Shown: piece by piece, positions 25,701 to 40,700 of the stretch
Layout of the letters: the number at the start of each line of letters is the position of its first letter
Numbering within the stretch: the stretch's first letter is position 1
DNA from: Balanoglossus misakiensis
Lineage: Eukaryota > Animalia > Hemichordata
Reading direction: 5' to 3'
Length of the DNA: 64,000 nucleotides
Assembly (NCBI GenBank): GCA_040954595.2
Contig: CM082585.2
Span: 4,365,358-4,429,357, forward strand
Translations under genes and position numbers: made by a program
Notes under the pieces: generated by a model
Told to the model about the DNA's origin: nothing
The model's database searches: none
What the model saw: only the letters and a program-made list of their open reading frames with translations

Positions 25701-28700
25701 CCTTGCCCATAAACAAACGTTAATGGTCAGGGCGTCGTCCATTATTTCTATAATAATGATCATGCCCCATTCCACGAGTTTCATATAGAAACAATCACAA
25801 CTTACAGTTTCTTAAGCTGTTGTAGTCCTAGAAAAGTGTGTCTATAAATTTGCCTCAGATTATTTCCATTTAGATTCCTGTGGCATACATAACAAGATGA
25901 GAGGAGTTTAAGAAAAATTAACAATGGGACAATAACGCAGGGTATTTATTATAACAAATGTATATTTACGGGTTTTTTTTCGAAAAGAAGACAATTGACT
26001 GAAATCATGCTAAATATCAATCAAATACGAATATCTATATACTATTAGTTATACTTACAATACGTGCAGGTTGCTAAGATGACGAAACTTGTTTGTGGGA
26101 ATTTCAGCTACAGAATTGTTAGACAGATCACTGTGAAAAAAATGAGTGAAAAGTAATTAACCTGAGTAGCACAGCAAACATTTTGCTTTATCAAACAACA
26201 GTATACATACATACATACATACATACATACATACATACATACATACATACATACATACATACATACATACATACATACATACATACATACATACATACAT
26301 ACATACATACATACATACATACATACATACATACATACATACATACATACATACATACATACATACATACATACATACATACATACATGAATGAATGAAT
26401 GAATGAATGAATGAATGAATGAATGAATGAATGAATGAATGAATGAATGAATGAATGAATGAATGAATGAATGAATGAATGAATGAATGAACACACGTTT
26501 TACTTACAATTCAGCCATCCATCGGAAATTACTAAAGTCCACAAGTGATATATTTAGTTCATTGCCACTGAAGTTCCTGTAATAAAGTACGCAATACCGT
26601 AGAATAATTTAATTAATATATTTATTTTGACAGTTCCGTTGAAGTGAAGTGTACACATATTTTAAGAAAGTCGTAATTAACATAAAACCACTAAAGAAAG
26701 TATTGTTAATAAGAACGGGAACTTACAATTTTCTCACATCAACCAGAGATGCAGGTATCTCTTCTATTAGTTTATTTTCACAGAAGACAACATGTCCTTG
26801 GCATTTGCAACCAGGCGGGCAGCTGCTGTCTGCAAAGTGAAAGGTTAATAAACTATCATAGTGGTTTACGAACAGCGAAGTATTATTTCCTTGGAGAATA
26901 TTTAACTTTACCTTTTGAGGTTTATGTATTTAGAGTTAGGTATATTGTAATGATTACACTTACCACAACCGAGTTCGTCGTCTCCATGTTTACACTGTTT
27001 TATTCCATCACATCTCTGTGTCAGTGGTAAGCATTGTCTTGAACCATGGCAGTGGTAGTAGCCAGGGCAGGTGTACGAATCTGCCAAAATAGACGAGAAT
27101 AAGCTAAACTACAAGGACAGTATACTTGACTTTTGATAGGGATTTGGCTTGGCATGGCCGGACTGGGGAACGTGCATTGTAACGATCGCATTGGGAATAC
27201 GGTGCAGCATTATAAGTTTTAAACCTGAATTGTAATTTGACTATTCGGAGCACCAAACTTTGTGATGTGACTCGTTTTGGTGAGCCTCGACAAAGCGGTG
27301 GTACGCTGATTTAACAAAATTCACAAACATCGTATGAAGACAGCACTAACCAAACGGTCTAATCATAGAAGAGGTACATATCAATCAATGGACATTATAC
27401 TTCATATCTGAAGTGATGGACTCACCACAATCATCTTCGTCGTGACCGTTTGGACAGTCTGGAATTCCATTACATCGTCGATGAAGCGGTATGCAGTAAG
27501 ATTCGGGGCATTTGAACATACCACCGGGACAGTTGAACTGGTCTGTGAGGAAATGATAAATAAATTATACATTTAACCACGAATTATAAATATTGTTTTA
27601 TCATGGCCTAGTTTATATGACATTAATAAAATTCCATCATGTCCTGTGCAATGTACTACTGGTATCTGATATGTACACGTATTTCGCATAATGGAATGAA
27701 ATCATTGCTCACCATTACATAGTTCAAATCATCTGATCAATCAAGCACATGCAGATCATTGGAATCTTTATTTCTAATTGGTTAGTAGAATGTGTGGTCA
27801 TTTGTTGTTAATTTTATTCATACGACCATGGTCTGTTTTCAATAATATGCCATGATAAGATATGTCAACTTTTTAAGAGGGCGCAGAAAGAAATAGCCAA
27901 TATGAGAAACCTACCACAAAGCACAAGATGAGAGACATCCCGACATCCGATTCGGACACCGTATTCATCGAAGTCATAAATACACATCAGCGTTCGGTTT
28001 ATGCAATGGCCATTTTCACATTTAAATTCACCAGCACGGCATTCTGGGTACTCTCGCAACGTAACAGCGGCCTCTACTGTGTCAACGTCACCTGTGGGAT
28101 TACACCCAACTTCGTCTTCACGCTCGTTGCCGACACAATCTTTCATGCCATCACATTGTGCGTTGCTAGGTAAACAATCCCCGGAGTAACACTGGAATCC
28201 GTTACAAACGTCTGTTCAAATGAGAGAGGCGTAAATAGAATGTACTTACCGCCAATTAGTGATATGGTAACCATGGTAATCGCTAAATATACCACAATAT
28301 GGTCTCGTCGAACTATGTAGCTCGACAGGGAAATATATGAGACAGTTCTCATAATGGTTGAAAGTGTGGAGTATAGCTCGAGAATTGATTCACAAGTGAA
28401 ATAAGATTCTTCATTACATATGCCTTACCACATTTCATTTCATCAGAACCATCGATACAATACAGAAGTAAGTCACATCGTGTTGCTTGGTCGACACACT
28501 GTCCGTTATCACACATGAATTCGTCTGCCGTACAATTCGGGTAAACTAAAATAAACCATAAAAGTGATATTTATAATTGGTTGTTGTTGGTTTAATTTTC
28601 ACTTGGTAATACAGTTCTATAAACAACGTCGTGCAACAAGCTATTAAGGCTGGAAAGACAATTGGAGAGTTTCTAGTTGAAAATAAAAGGAACAGTGTTA

Positions 28701-31700
28701 GACATTACTCTGCAGTGGGGTTTTAATATATAGACATCACAGTAATTTATCTCACATAAATAGGAAAAAACATTGGAATACCTACCATGTCTCTTTAGCC
28801 CACTTAAGCTAAAAATACTATGAAAATGTGTTTGTATTGACTTTCATGCGTATCAAAGTTTGCTATTGGCAATTGCTAATAAAGCACGTTTCTGTTAAAC
28901 ATACCGCAATTTTCCTCATCACTGTTGTCACCACAGTGGTCAATGAAGTCACAGTAGAAGGTCATTGAGACGCAGTTACCGTTGGAACACTCGAATGTGT
29001 GGATTGGACACAATCCCCTCATTTCTTGAATGAAAGAAAAACATGACGTTTTTGAACTACTTGCTTTTTATTGTTGATGTCACTCCGGCCTTCTGTCAAT
29101 GTGTTTGGGTTTAAGGCACATTCAGTCACATATTTGTAATCTTGGCAATAATCACTGTCAAGTATAACACAGTCAGCTACATTGAACGCAATAAAGTATA
29201 TTTTATAGGCGGACGGGTCACAAACAAACGACTGCCCAAAAGGGAGTTAACGAGAGTTATTGCTTAGCGGATATATATTTGTACTTAATGTTAAAAAATA
29301 CTACAATGTAACTTGTTGCAAAAGTGTGACACGATCGCTATTCGCACATGTCACATGAAGTCGTGAATATGAAATAAAATGCGGATAACTGTTCCTATAG
29401 AACGACTTGTTCAATAGAGGCCATCCATGTTAAACAACCTGCAATAGGCTGCAATGGACAGGTATCCGGAGAATAACTTACCACAGTTGTCTTCATCCGA
29501 GCCATCAAAACAGTCTGCAGTGCCATCACACACGTACACCTCATGGATGCATACACTGCCATTACATCGGAAATTATCGTCGCCACATTCCATTTGCATT
29601 CCTGACAATGTATATATGCATATTTTAAATTATTTTATGTACTAACATCAACAAAGTGATGTTCTTCAAAGATAACTAACAACTTATAATTTCATAGTAA
29701 TGCCTCTTTTTCATCAATAGTTCATATCTTACCCATTGCACGCTTTCGGCAAAGGTCATATTCAACCATAGAACTAGGACAATTCTGTAGACTTAAGCTC
29801 CAGTCAGACGCTCTCAGGACCAGACATTCGTCAGAATTTGTTGAATTCGACCAAGACGTATTTCCTTGTCCAATCTGGCAAGAAAACAAACTTCCACATC
29901 CCCCGGATTTTTCAATGACATCAGTGAACTCCTGCGTGGCGTTCCTTTGTAATAAAATATAACCTTCGGTCGAGAAGTCCCATACATGCCTTAGATAATA
30001 TATGAGCAGAGTGAGGTCTTTGTACGAGGAAAAGCGCGGGAATGACTGTATCTCGTTCATCTGACAAAGGGCCCCACTGTCGGCCAGTACAGGTTTGAAA
30101 CAGGTGTCTTCATATCTCCCCCAAGATAGATCTTCACAACCTAGAAGAAGGAAATATATACAGACTCAACCGTGGCATTAAATCGCCACATGTTTGGAAA
30201 GCAATGTGGTACAGGGATGTTATGTTCAATTCCATATCAGCTTTACTATATAAAATCGTAAGGCATAATACAATAGCCCATCCCTTCAAATGACATTATG
30301 GTATCCTATGTAATATTGCTTCATCAAATACAAAAGTTCCTAATTCAAGCACTAGAGTAACAGCTAGATGGTTGCTTTGGTGTATACCTGTGACATATAC
30401 AACACAGATTTATGAGCATTTATATTATTTCATTTCCTCGTATGAAGCAACCACAAATTCAAATAGAGCTGACATGATATGTTTTGCAAGGGTACATGCA
30501 TTAACCGTCGAATCTTTAGCATTGTTGCACTAACCGTATTGGACCACCCCATTATACTGCTCGTCTACACGATCACCAATGTACAACGCTGGCTGCTTGC
30601 AGATAAACTGTTTGACATAATCCACGGCGCATGGTATATCGTGCCAGTGTTTTGTGTGGTGAACGTTGGACATCATGATAACGGTACAGAGTTCGGATCT
30701 AGCACCATCCGGCTGATCGAGTTCATCTTGTGTTGTCCCTCTCGCCCTGCAAATAAATCATTTCCGGATATCACTTAGGAAGCCAACAACACGTCACATC
30801 AGCACACTCACATTAGCAATTCTGAGCATTGTTATATAAACCCTTTGGATTCACCAAAGACGAAGAAATAATTATGTATGAAGCAATAACGTATACGGGA
30901 AGACAGTTTGTTTCACTAAAAAAACATGCTCCCGTGACAACCGGCATTTACAAATATATGCATCATTATTGCCATACGGAAGTGTTATATTTTGTCCCCC
31001 TTAACCCCAACTGCAGAATTTCTTAATACATGTCAAACATACCAATCTGTGTAACCCATTGGGTTGCCATCAGTCCAACGATGCCTGCCCTCTTCTGTCT
31101 CGAGATATAAACCTAATTATGCAAATAAATAACTATATTAAGACATCATGCTCAGTATAGTACTCCCACAAATTATAAAATTCAATACAAATACCACAAT
31201 AGTTAGATCAGAAAAAAAAATGTTCACCTATGTAAGTGGTCGTGTCACCATTCCACCATAGTCTGGCCAATGCATAGGTAATGATTTCGGATTCCTCTGC
31301 ATCCAATATACTAACAAGATGACCGCCCTCTTCGGTACACTTTGTTTCAGCCTCATTCCATGTCAATGTATTCGTCTGTGAGTGGAACTTGTAGCAGTGC
31401 CTGCGAAACCCGTCCAAGACTCCTTCTGGGCATCTGTAGCCTATACAAAATTGTCTTATGAGCAAACAGTTTTAAAACAGCCATATACCACATTCACATT
31501 TGTGTATGAACTGAAATGACGACCTGTAACATGCCCACATTCTACACATACTGACTTGCTCTGATGATAACAGCGTTTGGACTTTTCGTTTTTGAGGGAC
31601 TGCGAGTCACCCCAAAACAGTATGTTTCCAGAGGCCAAAAGGCCGAGAGAAATTAACTGTTTTGGAACGACTTGCTGACACAGGCCCGAGGGGACACAAG

Positions 31701-34700
31701 CGTGTGATGTTACCCGAATATAGCCAATCTGTTTGTTTTATATTACATCTCATCCGCTAGCATAAGATTACTCGTCGCTGATGTCCTACCGCCTGAGTCG
31801 CCATTTTCGCTGGCAAAGCGACGAGGTCTGGAATCGAGACTAAAAGTAAAACCTGTATAAAGTCAAACTCTGTACATAAAGGTGTTGATACTAGGAGTGT
31901 GCGAGATCATTCTTGGCCAAAGTCAATAGGCACTTAATTTTGCCAAATGTTTAATGTCGGCTATAAGTTTTAACTTGTAATTAATATTGTACAAAATTTA
32001 TGTACTCACTCACCTGTATACAGTGTCATATTCAAACGTATGTTAAGTTGGTAAGGCACAGCGACATACTTGGCCAAAAAGCCAGAACCGTCTCCAGATT
32101 CCAAACCAGCAAACTCCACATACATGGTAGAGCTGGCCGAGATGATGTTGCTAGGTCGTTTGTTTTCACAGAATGTACCGTAAAGAAAGGCTTCCGAGGG
32201 AGTTTCAGAGTTGTAAACCTTCAGGTAATTATTAACACAATTCGGATCGAGATTGTGTCCGACGCTGAAGTGAAGGAACGTCAACTCGATGACGTCACCC
32301 TCGGGGACCCGGATCGTCCAACTGCACTTGGAATCGGGTGGGTTCGGGTGCGGGTAACCGATCGATTGGAAGTATTCGCAATTCGTATCCAAGTTGAAAT
32401 GGTGATCACACGTGGATAATCTCATGCCATGACCTGGGCAATCTGAAAACAAGCAAAATTCGCCAAAGCAATGGTACATCGTATGATGTTCGCCCGACAA
32501 AATGTGTGGGTTTTGAAAGACGTGGAAAATGTGAGCTCTGTATAAATATGAGATCCCTCAAGCATTTAGCATCACCTCATCCAAGTGTATATACTTATTC
32601 CTGGAATGGAAATAGTCATGTCTGCAGCTGTGTGTCACAACTGCAGACTCTCACCGGATTCGGAAGCGTGTGTAAGCTTTAATCAACTTACATCGGATTA
32701 GTTGGCCAACAGTCTAGTATGAGTACCATATGGCAACATAACACGACAACCAAGTAATGGGAATAGAGAAGTATTACCTTCACCTTTATTTTGAAAATAT
32801 AATTCTCACAACGTGTTTGTTCTGGATGGATTGCGCTTGTGATTGTTAACTTTATGTCAGAAGTAAAGCTGCAGGGAGTTCCTTCATTATGAACTGTTTA
32901 ACCTCCCCACCGACACGCATTATAAACTGTGTCTCAGCCTTACCTGCGGTGTAGTAATGTGCACTAAACCCTCTCCCAATTCTGTCGTCATCAGAAGAGA
33001 ATGTAATGGTTAAAACATTCGACGCCGACGATATTAAAGGAATGTTTGACCCGCAAAACTTTAACAGTCGCTTGTCTTCATCGGGCATTGTGTCGTTGTA
33101 CAATGCAACATAGCTTGAACACAGAAGTTGACCATCAGCTTCTATACCAGGTACATCAAAAGGGTTGAATGCCAGATGAATAAAGGATCCTTCTGGCACT
33201 ACTATTGTCCACTTGCAAAAGCTGTTCGGGTAATAATCGGTGGCACCCGTTGCAAAATTTGTTGTGTAAAAGGTTCCTTCCGATTCGCTGAATGTGGCTT
33301 TTGTTCCACAACCCGAACATTCTTCTGAAGTACAATCTGAAAATTGGATGAAGTTTCACATTTATTAGCATATATATTACGTATTCCATAAGTTTTGTCT
33401 TCCGTTAGTTCGCTTTTAAATACGGATTGCACTTCTTAATGTCATACCCGGATTTCAATTAAACATCCACTATTCGATTAAATGAATCACATTGTAAAAG
33501 TATGTCGAGTTAACAGATTGCAGAATTAGGCCATGGTTTCTTTTGATTATCAACGCCGTCAAAAGTGCATTCCTATAATCATCCAGGCGAGCTTGATCAG
33601 CGTAGCAATATGGGGTTCACACTTTTATCAAATGTGTAGGCATTTTTTATCTCTATTAAAGCAGAAACAACCTGACGTAAATGTGCCACATACATTTTTG
33701 AAGTACCGCCTGCAGAGGGATTCTGTGCGCGCCTGGCAGGTACTCGGTGGGAAACGTCTGCCCGGGAACCAGTTTATCAAATATCGGTAATATCGGTGAC
33801 AACAAAATGCTCTTGCTTTCGCATGTGGAACAGGCATAGCATCCTTCACGATGCCGGAGATGATATTTAGTTGGGTAAAACATACCTGAAAAGGAGAGAG
33901 AAAAACAAAAGATTGTCAGAAATATAATTAACTCAATTAATAAGTTAACAACTTCTTTTCTTTCCTGACACGATCGGACAAAGAAAAGTGATTTAAAGAA
34001 ATGGTTTTAATCAAGATAAATATGAGGAATAAGAGAGAACTAGAATCGTATTGTCCTACTCAATGGATGGAAACTCGCATATTTTAGACCAGATTTAAAC
34101 TTAAAGGCTTTACTTATCATCAGCTTTCTGTGTCGCTGTGCATGATCAGTACAATCATTTTTTTATGTTAGATGGGTTTGATTCTGATCACGAGTTAATG
34201 TGTTTACAAATGGAACGTGGAGGCCAATCAAAACTTTGTGTTGTTTGATGTCACGATAAGCCCACCCCCCTCCATGCCCGACAGACATGAACGAAAAAAA
34301 ATGCTAAAATGATTTATCTTACCAATGAAATCACCAGGCTGAAAAGAAAGCCAGTCGGCCTCAGGAACATCAAATGTCATTACTCCGCTCTGCCCATTAG
34401 GAACCAAAATCTCATTCTGACTGACCAAACTGAAACGGTTACCAAAACGTTGATTATGACGATAAATTCCTGGGTAAATGACACGACTGTCCCCTTCTCC
34501 TAGAGTTAAGTTGAACCGCCACTGCTTAATTTTCCCAACACACGGTAACTTCATCGTCTTGTCGATAACAACCATCGCTCCGTCGATCTCAGTGGCCACG
34601 CCGTATACAAGGTTACTCTCGCCAATTGAGTCCGGACATTTGAGTAAGTCTGGATAACATGAATAACATGAACGTAATGTTTTATATGCCATTTACGAAT

Positions 34701-37700
34701 AAATTGAAGTATCTAGCCTTCAATATTAACGAAATCAATCTTAAACTAGATATAAGTCCCTCAAAGATTACAACACTATGAAACAGCTTTGTTTTGAATT
34801 CAAAAGGTCAACTCGATATTGTTTTCGCCGCTGTCTAAACATACATAACTGTATGGGATATGGCGTGTAACTGACACACACACAAATGATTTACTGAGAA
34901 TAGAGTGAAGTCCGTTTCCACTTGGACCTGTAAGTCACCCCAAATGGTCTGTTTCCCAAGGTCAATGACCATTTGAACTGGCTAGTTTTACCCATAGTGT
35001 TACAGGTTCAATTTTTATTAACATGCTCTACTATATGGTACTAAAATTTGTTGCTGAATTTCTTGACTTATGATAACCTCATTAAATATGTGCATACGTA
35101 ATTAATTGTAGTATAAACTCTGATGGGTGGATGGAGCTGAGCGTCAACATAATAAACCTACTAATATAAACTTTGATAGATGAATGGCGCAGCGGAGCGT
35201 CAACATAATCAACATATTAATATAAACTTTGATGGCCTGCGTGGGTAAACAGCCCTATGTTGTTACCATTATGGCCAGTCAAGGTGTACTCAATACTATT
35301 CGGCGCTTACTTCCAAATATGAAATTTGTACTCCTTCACTTCCAAACTTTCCACCCACCTGTTGGCAGCACAACAAGTTGAAACACGTTTAATATGTAAA
35401 TTTCATGTTTTGTAAACTTGATTACCATAATATCGCTGCCACTGTATACAACCTAAAAGTAACAAAAGGTGAGAATCAATGCCAATCAGAAGCTAGCTTA
35501 GTCTGGAATTAGGATGAGCTCTTTTTTGCTGGCTCTAAGGCACATTCTTCGCCTAACCTGGAGTGTGCTCCAGTGAGCAAAGCACGCAGGGGCATGTAAT
35601 TGTGAAACTTCCAGTTGAGAAAAAAACATGTAACCCCATTGGCTAAACATACTGTGGGCATCACACACTAAAAATAATCCCAAAAGTTGAGCATCCCCGG
35701 TTAATGTGTGTTTCTGGAAGCGCTGGCAGAAAGTTATATCGATATTGGTAATATACAATATTTCACAATGTTTAAGGGTAATAATTTGACGCCATCGACT
35801 CCAAACTTAATGGAAAAGATATTAACAACACGGTTCTTTTTCCACGTTAGCCAAAGGCGTCATCCTAAAACCTGGATCAAGAAAGTTTAGTAAAAAGGTT
35901 ATTTACCTCGGAAAAACTTTCCTCGTCACCACAGATAAGAGCAAGCTGATCATACTCGGTTTCGTATTTGTCAGTTATCTCCAGATAGTCGATAGTACAG
36001 TCTGGTAGTATGCAGTCGCCAACGCGATTGTAATATTCAATAAACAGTGTAATTGTGTATCCTGTGAAATGAAATGAAGGAAAGAATATTGTTTGACATG
36101 TACGCCAAAATCATGAAATTGTAAAGCTTTTTAGATAGTTTAATATATAACGTTTGGACGCTAGTTGTTTTATAGCCCAGGTATCAATTTCCATTGTAAT
36201 TGAGACTATTTCAGATAATGTGTGAGCAGTTTTATTGTTGGCATACACGAACGCTCAAATCAGAGAAAGTCGAGGCCTGCACGTGGCCTTATGCTCTAAA
36301 CAATCTGACACAAAATCCTTGCCTATTGTGGTATGGCCAAAACAGACAAGATCATTCAAAATATTTCAACCACATTTGGCGACATTGCCATCACCAGTAA
36401 AACCAGGTATGTCATTAGGTATCGTGGGCACAATTTGTTTATTTATAGTCTTTTATTAATAATTATTTATTCCACTTGCACTACAGGCCTCCAGCCCAAT
36501 GTACTGGAATATTTTAAATACATTTCAGGAAAAAAATAAAATGTTACAGAACACAGTGACCTTGAGATTGTTAAGATTTGCAGGGGGTTTCTTTTACAGT
36601 GAAAACAAGAACCAGCACTTTCCCGGAAGTCAGTTCGCCAACTCCACCCTTTTGTTAAAGGCATAAAATAAGTAAAGGCTTAGCTTTCTTAAGATATTCG
36701 GATTTTGTGTTGACATAATTTGCATAAATTTATCGATAGAAGGGTTGGTAAGAAATTGAGCAGGTAAGTATTTTACCCTGATGGTATCGTATAACTTACA
36801 TTGTAATAAAAAGTGGTATTCATTTTCTATGTACCCATCGTTACAAATACACAATTTGTTTATTGTTGATTGTGTACACATTCTCAAAGCCAATTTATGC
36901 TACCACGAATTTATATTACCTTGTGTTTTTGTTTTTTCAAATAATTACGAACACACCTTTTGGTACGATTACTGTCCAGTGACAAAGTAGCGTTGTTCCA
37001 GGTCTAAAACTAATCAGACCGATATCGGACTTCGAGAGGTACAGTGTTTCATCTACATTGCACTTGTCATCGAATACTGAAGGTGGAAACATGACGAGTT
37101 GAAATTTTAATACCATCAACAAATACATAATAATTTATCAGATATAGTTATTACGAGTTGAAAGTAACCAACAAAAGTAATAATTTCTTAGAATTAACAT
37201 ATATGTTTAAAGGTGGGACGATTGTGCATGCAGCAAGCTATAAACAATTTCCACTTAATGCGAGATATTGCGAGACTTGAATAAATACTGCAGCCACTGG
37301 TTGCTAGCTAAGATGTAGATGTTAATCATTTGTATGAACAGGAATTGGTGTATAGTTTCGCAAAAAAATTAACATAATGGACTATGTGTTGTTTGCCATG
37401 TGCCACGTGAGAATTTCTTCCCATATAAAATGCCTAGCCACGCCAAATCTCGCAGGGTCTCGTGGAGTACGAAAATGGCGCGATGCTCGCGAGAGTATAC
37501 TTAACGCTACAGACGCGACCAAAATCTGAGCTAAAGTGAGTAACAATTAATACTTACCAATGCAAGTGTCTGACAACGATGGACTTGTGTAGGTAGTGCC
37601 GACTTTTTTCATGCATGCCTCGTCACAATCAGCGTTTCCACCATTCGGATAAAGACAATTTTCCACTCCTATACCGGGTGCAATAACCGTTCAAATGTAT

Positions 37701-40700
37701 GTATGGTTAAACAAAGCTCAAAGACCCATGTCCTTCCTCGTCGGTCACGGACAATACTCGAAAAGTCGAAATTACAGCGCATATCTTTTAGCCACAAAGT
37801 CACTTGTCTCGATTACTTAATTGCTTAACTTAAATTGGACTGCAATAATTAAAATAAATGTGCCAGTCAATAAATCAATTTTCCACTAACCGGCACATGG
37901 TGTTCTTGTATTCCCTATGTATTGGTAATCCTTCGAGAAACAAGGGCAAATCAGATGACCCAGCGTTCGTCCGCAAATCTCTTTACAGCCGACATTAACC
38001 ATTGGGACCTTACAGTCGTCCATTGAATCTATAACAAAAATGATGACCATTCCTCGTTACCGAAAATAACCTTACATTCCCTGTTTGTCGGCTTTTCTTT
38101 AAATATTCAATTTGAATCCGTTCATTCGCATTCTCAGGTTTTTACACGACCAAAGAGCTCTGTTTGTTTGTTCTTGGTTTGTTTGTTTTTTGTTCAGATA
38201 CCTTGTCAACACATGGACCTATATAAACAATGACTTTAAGATATGAGCAAGGCTTTGTGATTTGGTTAACTTAACCTCATCATCTTCTTCTTGTGGTTGT
38301 AGAAACCCTAGTCACATTGTGCATTTGGTGAGTCTACTTTGCGGAGTAGAGTGGTGAAGATATTTTCCTTTCAGTGCGTACAGCAGCGCCTTTTCACACG
38401 TTTTGGATTCACTCAAGTTTACATACTGATTTTCGCATTGCCCCTCAACAGTATATTGGTAGCATTCACAAGACATTCACCTTGGAAATTCACATTGCAC
38501 TGTCGCTTCAATATCGTTTTTTTATAGTTATAATCAATGCGAAATTCGTTCATTCATGATAAAATTAATTGTCAATTTAGATTGATTCGGACATTAGCAT
38601 TCAAATGAGTCACGCATGCTACGAATATTGCATTACCTGTCGCCTGTTCGCAAACGTAAAATTTCCATCTGTCACAGAAATCATCTTGCAACTTATAGTA
38701 GATATGGCCTATCCTATGAAAGCATAAATCAGGAGAAAACTATCAACATAAACCACAACTACTAGCTTAATTAGGGATAACACTGCAACCAATGTGACGT
38801 AACCCCCTGTTGGTGTACTCGATAATCTGACGTCTCTTTTTGGCGGGCTTTTCTTGTGTGTTACATTGAATGAAACGTGACATCAAGTATGCTTAACGCT
38901 GCAAGGAGGTTGGCGGGGACCAAGCGATTCCCAAGGAACGCCAAGGCCGTGCTGGATATACACCGAGATATCAGAGAGTATGTCGAGGGCAACGCCCAGG
39001 ACACCCTAAAATTCGTTATCAAAATTTGGCCCACCATGCCCCAAAAGAAACGGACAACTAGTCCTGAATCCGTGAGCTTAGAGTTAGGTATGTACGTTAT
39101 TTATGAGTTAAACAGAGAGACGGACACACACACGGACACACAGAAAAGGCGATGAGATTACTTCACGTGAGTGACCACGTGTGACAATAAGATCACTTGC
39201 TATTAAAATGACAGTTACGATTTCCGACGTTGGTTCCGGCCAAAGCAGTGCAAAAATAAGCACATGCACTACCCCATTAAAGTCAGTAATAATTACTCAA
39301 AACAACAATACCTACCAATACTGTTGAAGACATGGACCATTTCCACTCGGCTGGTAGATGAACCACACCACATTGTGTATAATCGTTCCATCTACATTTT
39401 GCACTTCTTTCGTGGCGTAGTTAGACACTCTACCGTCGATCCAAAAGTCATTGATATGACCGATACCCAATGGCAGGACCAAATCTATCACCTCTCGAAT
39501 GTTGTACGAATCTGCGATTTTGAATAAATTCATGCCAAAACTCTGACACGATAACACGGCATCATAAAAGCTCCTTCTTTCTGTAAACAGTACGAACTTT
39601 GAGGTGCCTGTAATGAAAGTCAAGTCAAGTCAGAACCAGTCCTATTTTTTCTTGACCATCTAAGCCAGGGTACGTTTGTTGAACTCAAACCAGAACCTAC
39701 GGCCTACAGGTACATTGTACCAATTTACGCCACGAGCAACGGTGTCGATGCCCAGTTGACATATAAACCAAGTGTTCACATCCCATCACTAAAATATGTG
39801 ACATAGCTTCATATTGACATGACGTACGGGCGAATGAACACCAGGGACCACCACGAACCCTTTCTTCCCCTGATTCACTTTTCACACGTTTGTCATGATA
39901 TCACTTTGATATTTAACATGGATTGCGTCAATGTTCACATTCTCTTCATTAAAAGTTCATCAAAACATTCAGACCAACCATTACTGAGCCTAGACCATAT
40001 TAACATTTTAAGGGGTAATACCATTAGAAAAAATTACTTACGCACGCATTTCCTTCCATCCATATGCAAATAATATCCTCGGTCACAGGCACAGTGGAAG
40101 GAACCGGGTGTGTTTACGCATATGTGATCACAAGTGGCGTTGTTTTCTATTAGTTCACACTCGTTTATGTCTGTAAGGCAACACAAAATATAACGTTAAC
40201 TTCGTCAGTTGTTCTTCGTCCAATGTTTTGGCATTCCCAGGTTTAAGTGGACATCCACGCATGTTCCAAACGTGTCAATTACGAAATAGGGTGGCTAATT
40301 ACGACAGGCCGTAAAACACGAAATGATTAGAATACCCGTCGGATATTTATATATAATTCCCCCGTATTTCGAACGAGTGTGTCTGCGTCGCGGACGAGTG
40401 ATTCCCTGTATAGCGGCCGTATCCCTCCGAGCCGCAGGCGAGGAGGGATACAGCTATACGGGGAATCACGAGTTCGCGACGCAGACACACGAGTGATGAA
40501 TGCGGGGGAATTATATGTTTATCACATACATAGACCAAGTTTCCATGAAATTGAGTTTCATTGTAAATTTAAAACATTTGAGCGAAAGAAAGATAGCACT
40601 ATTTTAAGAGGATCGACAGATCATGTTATGCGGTCGGGGTCCCGGGTCGGGGTCACACGCAAACGGGACATTAAACCACGATCAGCTGTTAGTAATAACG

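Noticed and set aside
39312-39316. Stop codon ending the copy B C-type lectin ORF, suggesting a pseudogene
   Set aside because: The TAG lies after a phase-2 GT donor (TG|GTAGGT), and splicing to 38713 restores the frame as in copy A.
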